Source: Methanoregula sp. (lineage in GTDB: Archaea; Halobacteriota; Methanomicrobia; Methanomicrobiales; Methanospirillaceae). Taken from it: 64,000 bases of DNA. Positions 41,483 through 51,249 of the stretch are shown here, in pieces. Under the pieces are notes generated by a model. It ran no database searches and was not told the origin of the DNA. It was given only the letters and a program-made list of their open reading frames with translations. The stretch is taken from the NCBI GenBank assembly GCA_041662685.1, contig JBAZRZ010000003.1, positions 1,372 through 65,371 on the forward strand. Reading direction: 5' to 3'. Both the position numbers and the translations under genes were made by a program. How positions within the stretch are numbered: the stretch's first letter is position 1; every line of letters begins with the position of its first letter.

Positions 41483-42217
41483 ATGATCGAAAAAAGGTTG
41501 CTCTTAATGATCACCCTCGTCATCATGGCGATGGCATGTGTCGAGTTTGCAGCAGCAGCTCCCTTAGACACCAGTAACGGCAAAGTGATCCAGGCATACG
41601 ACACCGGCAATGTGATCGGCACTCCAGACCGGGCGCAGGTTACGTTCTCTGTGGAGACCGAAAATGCCGATGTGAAGATCGCACAGCAGGACAATGCCGC
41701 GCGAATGGCAAAGGTCATTGACGCACTCGTTGCCATTGGTATTCCCCGGGACGCACTCAAAACAACCGGGTACAATATCTACCCGGTATACGAAGACACA
41801 ACCAAGTCCATCCTGGATCAGAAGGTCCGTACCTACCGGGTCACCAATACTCTCACGGTCACCCTCCATGATGTGAGTAGGACCGGTGATGTCATCGATG
41901 TAGCAGTTGCAAACGGCATCAACCAGGCAAGCTCCATCCAGTTCCTTTTATCGGATGAACAGTCGCAGGTTCTCCGCACTGAAGCCTTAAAACAGGCGGT
42001 TGCACGTGCACGCGCAGATGCTGACACGGTTGCAGGAGCGATGGGCACCGCCATTCTTGGTGTGCAGAGCGCCGATATCAGTGGAGGATATTCCCCCGTA
42101 TTGTTTGAAAATTACTCAGTTGGGGATGCGATGATGAAGTCAGCTGCACCCACTCCTATCCAGCCCGGTGATATCACGGTCAGCGCACAGGTATCCATCA
42201 CCTACCTGATCCGCTAA
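41483..42217 (+). CDS. SIMPL / DUF541 family secreted protein
   Basis: Signal anchor, then a SIMPL-type pattern (GYNIYPVY, YRVTNTLTVTL, A...A...A...A, PGDITVSAQVSITY). Confidence 0.75.
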   Translation: MIEKRLLLMITLVIMAMACVEFAAAAPLDTSNGKVIQAYDTGNVIGTPDRAQVTFSVETENADVKIAQQDNAARMAKVIDALVAIGIPRDALKTTGYNIYPVYEDTTKSILDQKVRTYRVTNTLTVTLHDVSRTGDVIDVAVANGINQASSIQFLLSDEQSQVLRTEALKQAVARARADADTVAGAMGTAILGVQSADISGGYSPVLFENYSVGDAMMKSAAPTPIQPGDITVSAQVSITYLIR

Positions 42218-42434
42218 TCCGTTGCATGGAAATCCCCGTCGTGATTTTCACACACCCCTGAGGCCACGGGCCTCATATCTTTTTTTAAGCATTCTTCAAA
42301 ACTTTTTTACATAAGGAGCGTGTGATGATAGCTTAAGGCACACATGCATCATCCGGGTTTTCCTGGAAAATATCAGCCGAGCAAAAATTTCGAATATCCC
42401 TAAAATCAGCGGATACAATAGGATTGATTTTACT

Positions 42435-42878
42435 ATGGAACGCAATATTGGCTTTAAAGAGCGACGCTACATCGAAGAGTTGAGAATCTTAACAAAATCC
42501 ACGGCAAATGACTGCGTGATCGATGACCGGTTCGACCGGGTCATCTACGTCATTCGCCCGGGCGACATGGGCCTTGCAATCGGTAAAAAGGGCGACAACA
42601 TCAAACGCCTGCAGAATGTGCTCGGTAAACGGATCGAGATGGTTGAATATGCCGAAACCGTGGATGCCTTCATAGCCAATATCTTCAAACCCGCTGAAGT
42701 AGTGGCGATAGAACACGGGCCGGAGAATGGGCCGGTCAATGTCTTTGTCCGGCAACGAAGTGACCTTGGAATCGCAATCGGAAAGGCCGGTTGCAATATT
42801 GAGAAGGCGCGCACGCTCTGCCGCAGGTTTTTTGGACTTGAAGTGGGTGAAGTACTTCTTACGCAGGAGACCTCATGA
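42435..42878 (+). CDS. nusA: archaeal NusA-like protein (two KH domains)
   Basis: 147 aa with GKKGDNIKRL and GKAGCNIEKA GxxG KH loops. Confidence 0.85.
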   Translation: MERNIGFKERRYIEELRILTKSTANDCVIDDRFDRVIYVIRPGDMGLAIGKKGDNIKRLQNVLGKRIEMVEYAETVDAFIANIFKPAEVVAIEHGPENGPVNVFVRQRSDLGIAIGKAGCNIEKARTLCRRFFGLEVGEVLLTQETS

Positions 42879-43177
42879 ACGGCACAGTCGATCCCAGCAT
42901 GATTGCAGAGATCTGGGCGGTGATCTGCGAACGGGCAGAAAATCCCAAACCTGAATCCTACACCACCCGCTTGTTGACCGATCAAAAAGGCATCGACAAG
43001 GTATTAGAGAAAGTCGGCGAAGAGTCTACCAAGTTCATCCTCGCGATAAAAAACGGGGTAAATGAACGCACGGTGGAAGAGACCGCAGATCTCCTGTTCC
43101 ATCTCCTCGTAGCCCTCCGGGCAGCAGGGATCGATCTTAACGATGTGATGGAAAAGCTAAAACATCGGCGCAAATAA
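42875..43177 (+). CDS. hisE: phosphoribosyl-ATP pyrophosphatase
   Basis: 100 aa with SYT..L......KV.EE..E, and E.ADLLFHLLV. Confidence 0.85.
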   Translation: MNGTVDPSMIAEIWAVICERAENPKPESYTTRLLTDQKGIDKVLEKVGEESTKFILAIKNGVNERTVEETADLLFHLLVALRAAGIDLNDVMEKLKHRRK

Positions 43178-43182
43178 CTTTT

Positions 43183-43698
43183 TTATTTATGCAGGAACGT
43201 TAAAAGATCAACCATATCCGGCAGTTCTTCAGGTTTCTGCCCTGCGGATGCGAGTACGCACTCTTCTACAAAGATCGGAATATCACCCCGGAGTGCAAGC
43301 GCGATGCCATCGCTCGGGCGGCAGTCAAGATATTCATTCTGCTGTCCTGAACTCATCACCAGCTGGGAATAATACACCCCGTCTTCGATACTGTCGATCT
43401 GCAGGTAGCGCAGCGTGATGGAAAATTTTGCACAGAGATCGACGAAGAGATCGTGGGTGAATGGTCTCGGCAGCACTTCTTTGATCTGTGCGCTGTTGAT
43501 CGATACTGCTTCCCAAATCCCGATGAATATCGGCAGGAGACAAAAATTACCATCAGTGAGTATCACAAGAGGCACGGTTGCGGCATCACCTTTCGTGACA
43601 AATACCCCTTTGACCTCACATCGCACCTGCGTCATGTCCGTGCAGAGAGATTGCCGTGATCGATGATAAGAGTTAAGGTAAACGGTATTTCTGTTCAC
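43183..43698 (-). CDS. bifunctional nuclease (BFN/DUF151) domain protein
   Basis: Contains PLVILTDGNFCLLPIFIGIWEAVSI...RPFTHDLF and CRPSDGIALALR. An alternative Met start is at 43635. Confidence 0.7.
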   Translation of the reverse strand: MNRNTVYLNSYHRSRQSLCTDMTQVRCEVKGVFVTKGDAATVPLVILTDGNFCLLPIFIGIWEAVSINSAQIKEVLPRPFTHDLFVDLCAKFSITLRYLQIDSIEDGVYYSQLVMSSGQQNEYLDCRPSDGIALALRGDIPIFVEECVLASAGQKPEELPDMVDLLTFLHK

Positions 43699-44714
43699 TC
43701 GCGCCTGTGGGCTTCACGGCGGACGATGATGAGACTGGAGATGATGCCAAGCGCGATATTGAAGTAGTACAATACAATCCGCCAGATGACAACGAATATT
43801 CCTACAATCGACGCCGGGATGAACAGGGCATACATGGTGGTTGCCCCCACTTCAGCGATACCGGAGCTTCCGGGAGTTAAGGGCATCATCATCAGGATGC
43901 ACAGGATGAGCTGTATTACAAACGATTCTAAAAACAGGGGCTGCTGCCCGAGCCCGATAAGGATCAGGGAGGCAGTCAGGATCTCGGATAACCAGTAGAG
44001 CAGGGTGAAGAAAAATCCCCATGCAAGCCCTCCTTTGGCACTTTTTACAAACTTGATCACCGCAGCTTGAAAATTATCGATCTCCTTGTCCGCCCTCACG
44101 ATCAGTTCTTCGACACGTTTGCTCTCCCATTTCTTTGTGAAATAGTATGCACACCGGTTTACAACCTTTTTTACCACATCAGGTCTTCTTATGGCAAGGT
44201 AAAACAGGAACAGGCAGCCTACGACAAAGATCCAGGTGATATAGACCATTATCTCTGAAACTGCCCCAAGACTCTTCCATTGATCGGTCAGGACGATCAT
44301 CGCGAATGCAGCAAGCACAGCGAGCACGATCCCATCGAGCACCCTCTCCACGATGACAATCGCAGTCGCATCCCCGAGGGGGACATCTGCCTTGTAGAGC
44401 TCGTGAATCCGGACCGGTTCCCCTCCCGTTTGTGCCGGTGTGACTGCTGCTGCGAGCAGGTTTGCAAAGACCAGGTTCAGGCTGTAAAAAAACCCGATCC
44501 TGTACCCAAGCGACCCGGTCATCTTCTGGACACGCCATGCCCAGAAGCACATCGTTAAGAGATGTGTCATAAAAGCGAGGAGTAAGAACCAGGGATTGAC
44601 CTGCTGGAGATAGGTTAAGGTATTTTCATTGATGGTGACGTACAGGATGATGATCAGAATGGCAAGCGAGAATCCTACTGAAATATAGAGCCATCTGGCC
44701 TGCGACTTCTCCAT
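43695..44714 (-). CDS. UPF0104 / lysylphosphatidylglycerol-synthase-TM-region-like flippase family membrane protein
   Basis: 339 aa with about 8 TM helices and a TPGSSGIAE-like motif (LTPGSSGIAEVG). Confidence 0.65.
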   Translation of the reverse strand: MEKSQARWLYISVGFSLAILIIILYVTINENTLTYLQQVNPWFLLLAFMTHLLTMCFWAWRVQKMTGSLGYRIGFFYSLNLVFANLLAAAVTPAQTGGEPVRIHELYKADVPLGDATAIVIVERVLDGIVLAVLAAFAMIVLTDQWKSLGAVSEIMVYITWIFVVGCLFLFYLAIRRPDVVKKVVNRCAYYFTKKWESKRVEELIVRADKEIDNFQAAVIKFVKSAKGGLAWGFFFTLLYWLSEILTASLILIGLGQQPLFLESFVIQLILCILMMMPLTPGSSGIAEVGATTMYALFIPASIVGIFVVIWRIVLYYFNIALGIISSLIIVRREAHRRE

Positions 44715-44844
44715 GAAAACCCCTGAATAACCGGCGATGATGTGCGTATTGGTTGTTACTTAAACCGTTTATGATGCATAGTATAAACGCTTTTATACCC
44801 TACCGGGTGCCGTGTAAGACCCCCTGAAGGACAGTTGCGTCATT

Positions 44845-45423
44845 TTACACGGTAAAAATATCATGGTGTGCCAGGATGCGGAAGTATCCGCACGTCACAC
44901 AGGCATCCAGCCAGCCGTGCCCATAACTGAAGCAGGCAAGAGCGTCTTCATATGCCCCGGCTTTGTGGTACCTGGCACCCTGTGCTCCATACAGCGCAGT
45001 GATGAAAAGAACGTTTCCGGCAAAAACATTGCTGACCGTTGCCAGTTCACCAGCACATTCCACCGATGACCGGGCTGTGTTCAGCAACCGTTCGTAGCGA
45101 AGGGTTTTCTCCCTGAGTTTTTCTACAAGCGGCAGAGGCAGTTTTTCCGATGGTCCGGAGAACGGGCAGAACAGGTTCCCGCTTTTGTAAATCAGGAGTC
45201 CGGATGAGATGCCGAAATGCAGCCAGCCCGCTCCATACCAGAATGCTGCAAGCGCATTGACGAGATCTCCAGCCGCGTAAAACGTAGTCCCGTCTTTCTG
45301 GTAGGCCTGTGCCATCTCAATGACCGCGAAGACTTGTCGCTCAAGTGGCGTGTGCGGGTGTGCTGCACTCCGGGTATGAACAAGAGCCGCCGCCAGACCC
45401 TCTTGGCATTCTGCGATCTTCAT
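44845..45423 (-). CDS. DUF357-like protein (tandem helical repeats)
   Basis: 192 aa with two internal repeats that share [21 protein letters not shown]-type motifs. Confidence 0.45.
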   Translation of the reverse strand: MKIAECQEGLAAALVHTRSAAHPHTPLERQVFAVIEMAQAYQKDGTTFYAAGDLVNALAAFWYGAGWLHFGISSGLLIYKSGNLFCPFSGPSEKLPLPLVEKLREKTLRYERLLNTARSSVECAGELATVSNVFAGNVLFITALYGAQGARYHKAGAYEDALACFSYGHGWLDACVTCGYFRILAHHDIFTV

Positions 45424-46169
45424 AGGCCGGCAAACCGCTCAAGGTATTCGCGCTCCATGTCGTGCAGTTCAGCCGGGACAATGAGGATATGGAGCGGTGG
45501 CCCGAAATTACCGGTAAGGATCTTCTCTGCCGGACCTGCAATAATGACCGGCTCATCAGCACCCGCCCGGGCAATGCCGACATACAGCGGTATCTTGATC
45601 CCTTTTTTCTCCGCCATCTCTTCTAACAGGGATACAGATTCCGGTACGGTCATATACTGCTCGTTCTGGATATCAAGATAGACAAGGGTGTGCAATCGCA
45701 GGGACAGGTTCTGGGCGATTACCTCGATCGGTGTAGTCGGCGCCCAGTTCTTCTGCGGGAAAGGCACCGAACAGGACTTGCCGAACCGGTAGTTCTGGAG
45801 CCCGGATACCCCGCAAACGGCGCTTACAATGGATGCGGCATGCACGATTGCGGTCCTGATACCCCGTTCCGCTGCACGCATCCGGAGATCTGCATGGGTG
45901 GTAGAGACCATCGGGTCTCCTGCACAGAGAAACACCACGTCACTCTTCTCTGCCTTCTCCAGCATCGCTTCCGGGTGTTGTTCTACGTCCTCCCTGAAGA
46001 GCGGGTGAACAGGTTTGCCGTAATAGTCCCCGAGTTCTTCTATCGTCGTGCCCATGAGCTGTGATGTATAACATTCGAGGTACACATGGACGGCATTCCG
46101 GATGCAGGCCAGTCCTTTTTCTGAGACATCGGTCTTATCATAGAGCCCGAGCCCGACAAACGTCAGCAC
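45420..46169 (-). CDS. dphB: diphthine synthase
   Basis: GTG start giving [11 protein letters not shown], with GDPMVSTTH. Tetrapyrrole-methylase fold, which is eukaryote/archaea-specific. Confidence 0.85.
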   Translation of the reverse strand: MLTFVGLGLYDKTDVSEKGLACIRNAVHVYLECYTSQLMGTTIEELGDYYGKPVHPLFREDVEQHPEAMLEKAEKSDVVFLCAGDPMVSTTHADLRMRAAERGIRTAIVHAASIVSAVCGVSGLQNYRFGKSCSVPFPQKNWAPTTPIEVIAQNLSLRLHTLVYLDIQNEQYMTVPESVSLLEEMAEKKGIKIPLYVGIARAGADEPVIIAGPAEKILTGNFGPPLHILIVPAELHDMEREYLERFAGL

Positions 46170-46320
46170 AGGTACACCCAGGAACCGGAATAGTAAAACG
46201 GCATCTTCACTCCTCAATAGGGAAATTGTGTTATGGAGTTCTTGAGCAGGATCATTCCTGTTGTATGCCTGAGCATTGCCGGGATCAGCAGGTTATCAAC
46301 ACCGTTCATGACGGTGGAGA

Positions 46321-47028
46321 TCATGGGTGTATGGTCACCTGTCCTTTATTAACAGAAAATTTCTGCCAGTCCGTATTGACTCCCCGTATGCCCTGTATCC
46401 GCATGTAACTGGTGTTCTGCTCGATCTTGATCTCAATAACACAGTTCATCAATTGCTTGATTAAGGAGAGCGTCTTGTCATCGAATGACTCGCTGTTTAA
46501 GATATAGACGCCCATACCTTCGATCTTTTTTAATTTCGCAGTGAGCACATGGAAGAACGGGTACAGCACCTCGAGTTTGCGGTACATGAGCAAGGTGGAG
46601 ACAGAATTCACGCAGAATCGGATGGGGGGCGGGAATAAGCCCGCTTCACCTTCGGAAAATTCCGCCTCAAAGATGGCCTCGATCATATTGGAGAATTTGA
46701 TCCCTATCCCGGTGAGATCGGTAGGGCTTGAGACAAACATGAGTCTCGAGGTATCGACAATGCTTGGGGTTGAGCTCTTGGTCATCGCATCAATCACCCC
46801 AATAAACCGTTTGTCCGAACCCGCGAGTTTGAAATAATCCACCACTTCAGCTGCCCGTTCATTGGTGGAAAGGGTAATGGCGTATTCCCCCTCGAGAGGT
46901 TTTATCAGGGCGTAGACAAGCTGATCGGCATAACTCATGGGAGGTGCAAGGATGAGGATATTGGTCCCTGCCTCAAATCCCCCGGACAACCGATCGATCT
47001 GTTCGATCCCTGACTTATAAGAGTACAT
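46321..47028 (-). CDS. KaiC/RecA-superfamily-like protein with degenerate P-loop
   Basis: GIEQIDRLSGGFEAGTNILILAPPMSYADQL occupies the position of GG.P.G...L..G.PG.GKT. No GKT/S is present. Confidence 0.55.
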   Translation of the reverse strand: MYSYKSGIEQIDRLSGGFEAGTNILILAPPMSYADQLVYALIKPLEGEYAITLSTNERAAEVVDYFKLAGSDKRFIGVIDAMTKSSTPSIVDTSRLMFVSSPTDLTGIGIKFSNMIEAIFEAEFSEGEAGLFPPPIRFCVNSVSTLLMYRKLEVLYPFFHVLTAKLKKIEGMGVYILNSESFDDKTLSLIKQLMNCVIEIKIEQNTSYMRIQGIRGVNTDWQKFSVNKGQVTIHP

Positions 47029-47039
47029 TTATGGTGTGA

Positions 47040-48890
47040 TTATTTCATCAGAATGTTTATAATTGCTCCTATGAAAAGACCGAGAAATACCGTATAAACT
47101 GAAGTAATGATGGCAATTCTCGCTCCCAATTGCCGGTACAGGACGGCAATGGTTGATACACAGGGAACAAAGAGCACACTCACGATCGCAAATGTGTACA
47201 GCTGGACACTGGTCATTATGGATCCCAGATTAGCGGTACCGGAAAGGACGGCAAGCGTCTCGAAGGCGAGTTCCTTCCTGAACACGCCGAACAGGAGTGC
47301 CGTGGACGCATAGCCCGGCAGCCCGAGCAGGGTAACGGTAACCGGAGCGACAATCTGCTCGAATAATTCGGTCAGTCCGAAATACTGGAAGAGGCCCAGA
47401 AGGATGCTGGTGACGATCAGGACGGGCATCGCAACGAAGAGGAACTCTTTGATCCTGAGCCAGGATTTTGAGAGCACCAGGTGAGCCTGCGGCCTTCTGA
47501 GCGTGGACATCTCGACGATCATGCCGAACTGTTCTCCTGGTGTGATGCGGCTCAAAACAACTGCGGTGAGAATGAACAGGACAAAGACGATCAGGTAGAT
47601 GGAGAATGCCCAGAGGATGCCCACAAAAGCAGCGACTATACCGGCAATAACTACGGTGCGGGCAGAGCAGGGGATCATGGTCACAAGAAACGCTGCGATC
47701 GTCTGTTCCCTGCGTGTCTTGAGCAGACGCAGACTCATAACTGCAGGAACCGTGCACCCAAAACCGATCACCATAGGAATTATTGCCTCTCCGTGCAGCC
47801 TGAACCTGTGCATGGCCCGGTCGGCAAGGAAGGCAGCCCGGGTCATATACCCGGTATCTTCGAGAAGGGAGAGCCCGATATAAAAAGTAAATATGAAAGG
47901 AAATGCGATCCCAAGACCTGCTTGCAGAGCAATCAGGAGGGAAAAACCGATCTGATTCCACAGGGGTGGCAATCCCAGGGTCAGAAACGGGGTGATGACC
48001 GATGCGGTAAATGCCGTAACTATGATCTCCTCCATCCATGAGCCTATCATGAAAACGGAGAGGAGCAGCAGGAAGAGAATGGCGCAGAGGATCGGGATGC
48101 CGGGAAATGACCGGGTGAGCAGGCTGTCGAGATCATAGGGTTTCTTCCAGGCTGTGCGTTTCACGACAGCAGCCGTGATCTCCCGGGCAAAGTTGTGCCG
48201 GTTTGTTGCGATGATCTGGCCCACAGACATCCGGTGGCGCATCGCGATCTCCTGGGCGATTGCCCCCGCGGCATCGAGCAGTACCGGATCATCCCCGGTC
48301 CCCTGCAAGGCGAGCAGGTTTGTATGCATGGGGGTTCCGATCGTCTTTTCCAGGCTTTTTAAGGCTGCTTCGATATGGTGGTCGTACGGGACGTGCACTT
48401 TTGCGGGAGTTGCCTGTCCCAAGGCCACCGGAAGAATCCTGTCGATATTCCTTCCTTCCGATGCAGCAGCCAGGATTACGGGAACCCCAAGGTGTGAGGA
48501 TAGGGCTTTTGCATCGATAACAAGGCCCTGCCTGTCAGCCTCATCGATCATATTGATGATCGCAATCATCTTAGGGGAGAACTCTGCAGCCTGCACACAG
48601 AGGTAGAGATTTCTCTCGATCTTGGTGGCATCGAGGATTGCGACAATCACATCCGCCCCGCCGCTTGTCAAAAACGTGCGCACCAGCATCTCTTCTTCTG
48701 AGTTGCCATCAAGGGAGTAAATGCCCGGCAGGTCAACAATCTCGGTCCTCTCCTGCTTGTAACAAACGTTGCCGCATTCCAGTTCCACAGACGAGCCCGG
48801 GTAACGGTTCACTTCAACGCCAAGGCCGGTGAGCTGGTTGAAGATGAGGGATTTTCCTACCCCCGGGTTTCCTAATAGTGCAATTTTCAT
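47040..48890 (-). CDS. feoB: ferrous iron transporter FeoB
   Basis: N-terminal G-domain (LLGNPGVGKS, DLPG, NMID) plus a polytopic permease. ATGA overlap with the upstream regulator gene. Confidence 0.9.
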   Translation of the reverse strand: MKIALLGNPGVGKSLIFNQLTGLGVEVNRYPGSSVELECGNVCYKQERTEIVDLPGIYSLDGNSEEEMLVRTFLTSGGADVIVAILDATKIERNLYLCVQAAEFSPKMIAIINMIDEADRQGLVIDAKALSSHLGVPVILAAASEGRNIDRILPVALGQATPAKVHVPYDHHIEAALKSLEKTIGTPMHTNLLALQGTGDDPVLLDAAGAIAQEIAMRHRMSVGQIIATNRHNFAREITAAVVKRTAWKKPYDLDSLLTRSFPGIPILCAILFLLLLSVFMIGSWMEEIIVTAFTASVITPFLTLGLPPLWNQIGFSLLIALQAGLGIAFPFIFTFYIGLSLLEDTGYMTRAAFLADRAMHRFRLHGEAIIPMVIGFGCTVPAVMSLRLLKTRREQTIAAFLVTMIPCSARTVVIAGIVAAFVGILWAFSIYLIVFVLFILTAVVLSRITPGEQFGMIVEMSTLRRPQAHLVLSKSWLRIKEFLFVAMPVLIVTSILLGLFQYFGLTELFEQIVAPVTVTLLGLPGYASTALLFGVFRKELAFETLAVLSGTANLGSIMTSVQLYTFAIVSVLFVPCVSTIAVLYRQLGARIAIITSVYTVFLGLFIGAIINILMK

Positions 48891-49564
48891 GGCGAGCGCT
48901 CCACACCGATCGCAGAGGCGATCTCCGGGCTCACTGCCACATCGCATCCTTTGACCTGCACGACAAGCGCACCATTGGATAATTTTCTCCGGATTGTGGC
49001 ACGTTCTCCGGGTACAAGGCCGAGATCGAGGAGGCGTTGTGCGCGTGCCCTGCCGTGGATACACTGGATGATGACTACATCCCCCTCCGAAAAATCAGAG
49101 ATTCTGGGTGACTGGCAGAACTCGTCTGTTTCCGCCCGGCATGTCCTGTCACCAACCGGTTTGTGGTGTTTTCCCTTTCCGTGGTGCCGGTGGTGATCAT
49201 GGGTTATTATCAGTTTTCCCAAGCGGTCGATGGTCTCATCCGATACCGCGTGTTCGAGTGTGCACGCCTCATCGGATGCCGAGGATGAATCCATGCCGAG
49301 AATTTCGGATAAAAAACACTGGAGGGTCTCATGTTTTTTCATGACGCAGGTCCCGGTCTGTTTTCCCTGCCCCGTCAGGGTAATTACCCCGTCAGCAGCC
49401 ATGCACACATCCCCGCTGGACACTAGCTCTGCCATGTCAGAACGCACCTGGGGCACTGACATTGAAAGTGATGCGGCAAGTTCTTCATAGCGGGGATTTC
49501 GGGCATTTTTTTCCGAGAAGAGCTGGATTGCTTCCAGGTAATCTTCCCGCTGGGAAGGCTGCAT
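48887..49564 (-). CDS. DtxR/MntR-family metal-dependent regulator with His-rich linker and C-terminal FeoA (SH3-like) domain
   Basis: EDYLEAIQLF wHTH, HHRHHGKGKHHK linker, and FeoA-like LLDLGLVPGERATIRRK. Confidence 0.85.
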   Translation of the reverse strand: MQPSQREDYLEAIQLFSEKNARNPRYEELAASLSMSVPQVRSDMAELVSSGDVCMAADGVITLTGQGKQTGTCVMKKHETLQCFLSEILGMDSSSASDEACTLEHAVSDETIDRLGKLIITHDHHRHHGKGKHHKPVGDRTCRAETDEFCQSPRISDFSEGDVVIIQCIHGRARAQRLLDLGLVPGERATIRRKLSNGALVVQVKGCDVAVSPEIASAIGVERSP

Positions 49565-49698
49565 GATAATCTCTTTCCATATCTGTGTGCCATCCGACTT
49601 TATTGATTTGGGTTGAGGAAGGCCGGGTAACCCAGCGGTTATGCCACCGCGCAACCCTCAAGTCTCTTTACCTTTGACTGTCCAATAATGGGCAGGAT

Positions 49699-50328
49699 AT
49701 GATGTACTGGCTTTATGAGCACATGCTCAAACGGCAGATCACGGTTCTGCCGGGGCATGTCTGTTTCATGATCAGCAGGCAGGATATGGCAGACGCCCCG
49801 GAAAAACTCTACCTGACTACTGCATGGTGCACTGAGATATCTGCATATGTCTCTAAACATCATGCACCCGCCGTACCGGTGATTCGTGGCCTTACGTTTC
49901 ATATCGCAACCCCTTCTCCGCAGGATATGAAAAAATGCCTATCGGAGATAAGGAAGATCGGCACCATAGCCCGTCTCATACTCCATGTGGGAGACGAAGA
50001 AGAGGAGATCGGGGAGGGTATGGATGTCGTGGTGGCGATAGGGATGAGCGGCAGGGAAGAGATCACCGCCTGCATCCGGAGAATGGCTGGAGCTCACATC
50101 CCTCCTGAAGACGTGGACGAGAAACTCCTCGAATCCTACCTGACGTTCAAATATACACCCGATGTGGTGATCAAGAGTGGCAGTGATCATCTCACCGATT
50201 TCCTTATCTGGCAGTCCGTATACTCCGAGCTCTTCTTTTCCGATGTGAACTGGAGATATTTCCGGAAAGTGGATTTCCTGAGGATATTGCGGGACTACCA
50301 GTCGCGGATACGCCGTTTCGGGAAGTAA
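49699..50328 (+). CDS. UppS-like (cis-prenyltransferase fold) protein lacking catalytic N-terminal motif
   Basis: 209 aa. The C-terminal half aligns with the UPPS family (DVVIKSGSDHLTDFLIWQSVYSELFFSDVNWRYF) and ends in RIRRFGK (RxG motif). The HxxxxMDGNRR motif is replaced by GHVCFMISRQD. Confidence 0.65.
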   Translation: MMYWLYEHMLKRQITVLPGHVCFMISRQDMADAPEKLYLTTAWCTEISAYVSKHHAPAVPVIRGLTFHIATPSPQDMKKCLSEIRKIGTIARLILHVGDEEEEIGEGMDVVVAIGMSGREEITACIRRMAGAHIPPEDVDEKLLESYLTFKYTPDVVIKSGSDHLTDFLIWQSVYSELFFSDVNWRYFRKVDFLRILRDYQSRIRRFGK

Positions 50329-50485
50329 ACAGTATTTCACACGTTTGCTTAACCTGACCGTTTTATCCATTAAAAATGGGCTATCGCATCCCGGAAGCAT
50401 GCTCCGGCAGCGGGGCGAAGGTTTTTTTTTGAACTCCCGAGAGTGTTAAGAAATTTTAAGGGATGATTCAGCAGCACATTAACCA

Positions 50486-51178
50486 TTATTGTAATCGTAC
50501 ATTCGCCCAACTGGGTACACCGTTTATTGTCTTATCAAAAAAGGCGAATTTGTTTTTTAAGGCAAGTGTGAATGCCTTGCGATCCGGCACGGGTGCGTAT
50601 TTGTGCTCCCTGCAGAACCGGGTAAATGCCTGGTACATATCATCTTTGGAGACCACTGCATCAGCGGTATCACCGCGGGTGATCTTTGTGGTGACAAATT
50701 TTTTCAGTCCGTCCTCTTTATGCGCCTTCATCCCTGCCGGCTTTTTTGCCTTTCCTGCGGGTTCAGTGTTTGCTGACGGTGATAAAACCCCGGTCTCTTT
50801 TTTCCGGGGTGGAGCAGCGACCGGCTCCGTTTCTTTTGGGGCGGGCCTGACTTTTGGTTCCCGTTTTGCGCTTCTCACGGTCAGACTGGCAGCGGGGTCA
50901 TCGACATTGATGACCGGGGAGTGACCCGCTGGTTGACTTCCATGAGTGTGCTCTTTCGCTTCTGCGGGCGGACCGTTCAGTGCAATGATAACGGGCCGGG
51001 TTACCGGCACGTCATCGAGCTGCTGCTGGGGGTAATCCACTCCCAGCAGATCAGCAAGTGCCTTGTTGCACACATCCGAAATATCAATACCCTGTTCATG
51101 CGCCTTTGAAAAGATATCTGTCCTTACAACAACAGATGTATGACGCCACGAGTTGCCCAATTCTTTATTTCCCGTCAT
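50486..51178 (-). CDS. hypothetical protein: RHH-like N-terminus, Pro/Lys-rich linker, conserved C-terminal domain
   Basis: 230 aa. The N-terminus VVVRTDIFSKAHEQGIDISDVCNKALADLLG is CopG/CcdA-like. The low-complexity centre is followed by a C-terminus (DMYQAFTRFCREHKY...FTLALKN) that resembles primase-C/D5-associated helper domains. Confidence 0.4.
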   Translation of the reverse strand: MTGNKELGNSWRHTSVVVRTDIFSKAHEQGIDISDVCNKALADLLGVDYPQQQLDDVPVTRPVIIALNGPPAEAKEHTHGSQPAGHSPVINVDDPAASLTVRSAKREPKVRPAPKETEPVAAPPRKKETGVLSPSANTEPAGKAKKPAGMKAHKEDGLKKFVTTKITRGDTADAVVSKDDMYQAFTRFCREHKYAPVPDRKAFTLALKNKFAFFDKTINGVPSWANVRLQ

Positions 51179-51249
51179 GACCTGTCATCTGTTGATCTGT
51201 CTGCTCAGGGAAATATAGTACGTGATCCGGTATTTTAAAAACAAAACGA

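Noticed and set aside
47230-48039. 269-aa ORF in an alternative frame within feoB
   Set aside because: It is on the same strand as feoB but out of frame, with an Arg/Pro/Ser/Cys-rich composition. The FeoB frame carries the G-domain and permease motifs.
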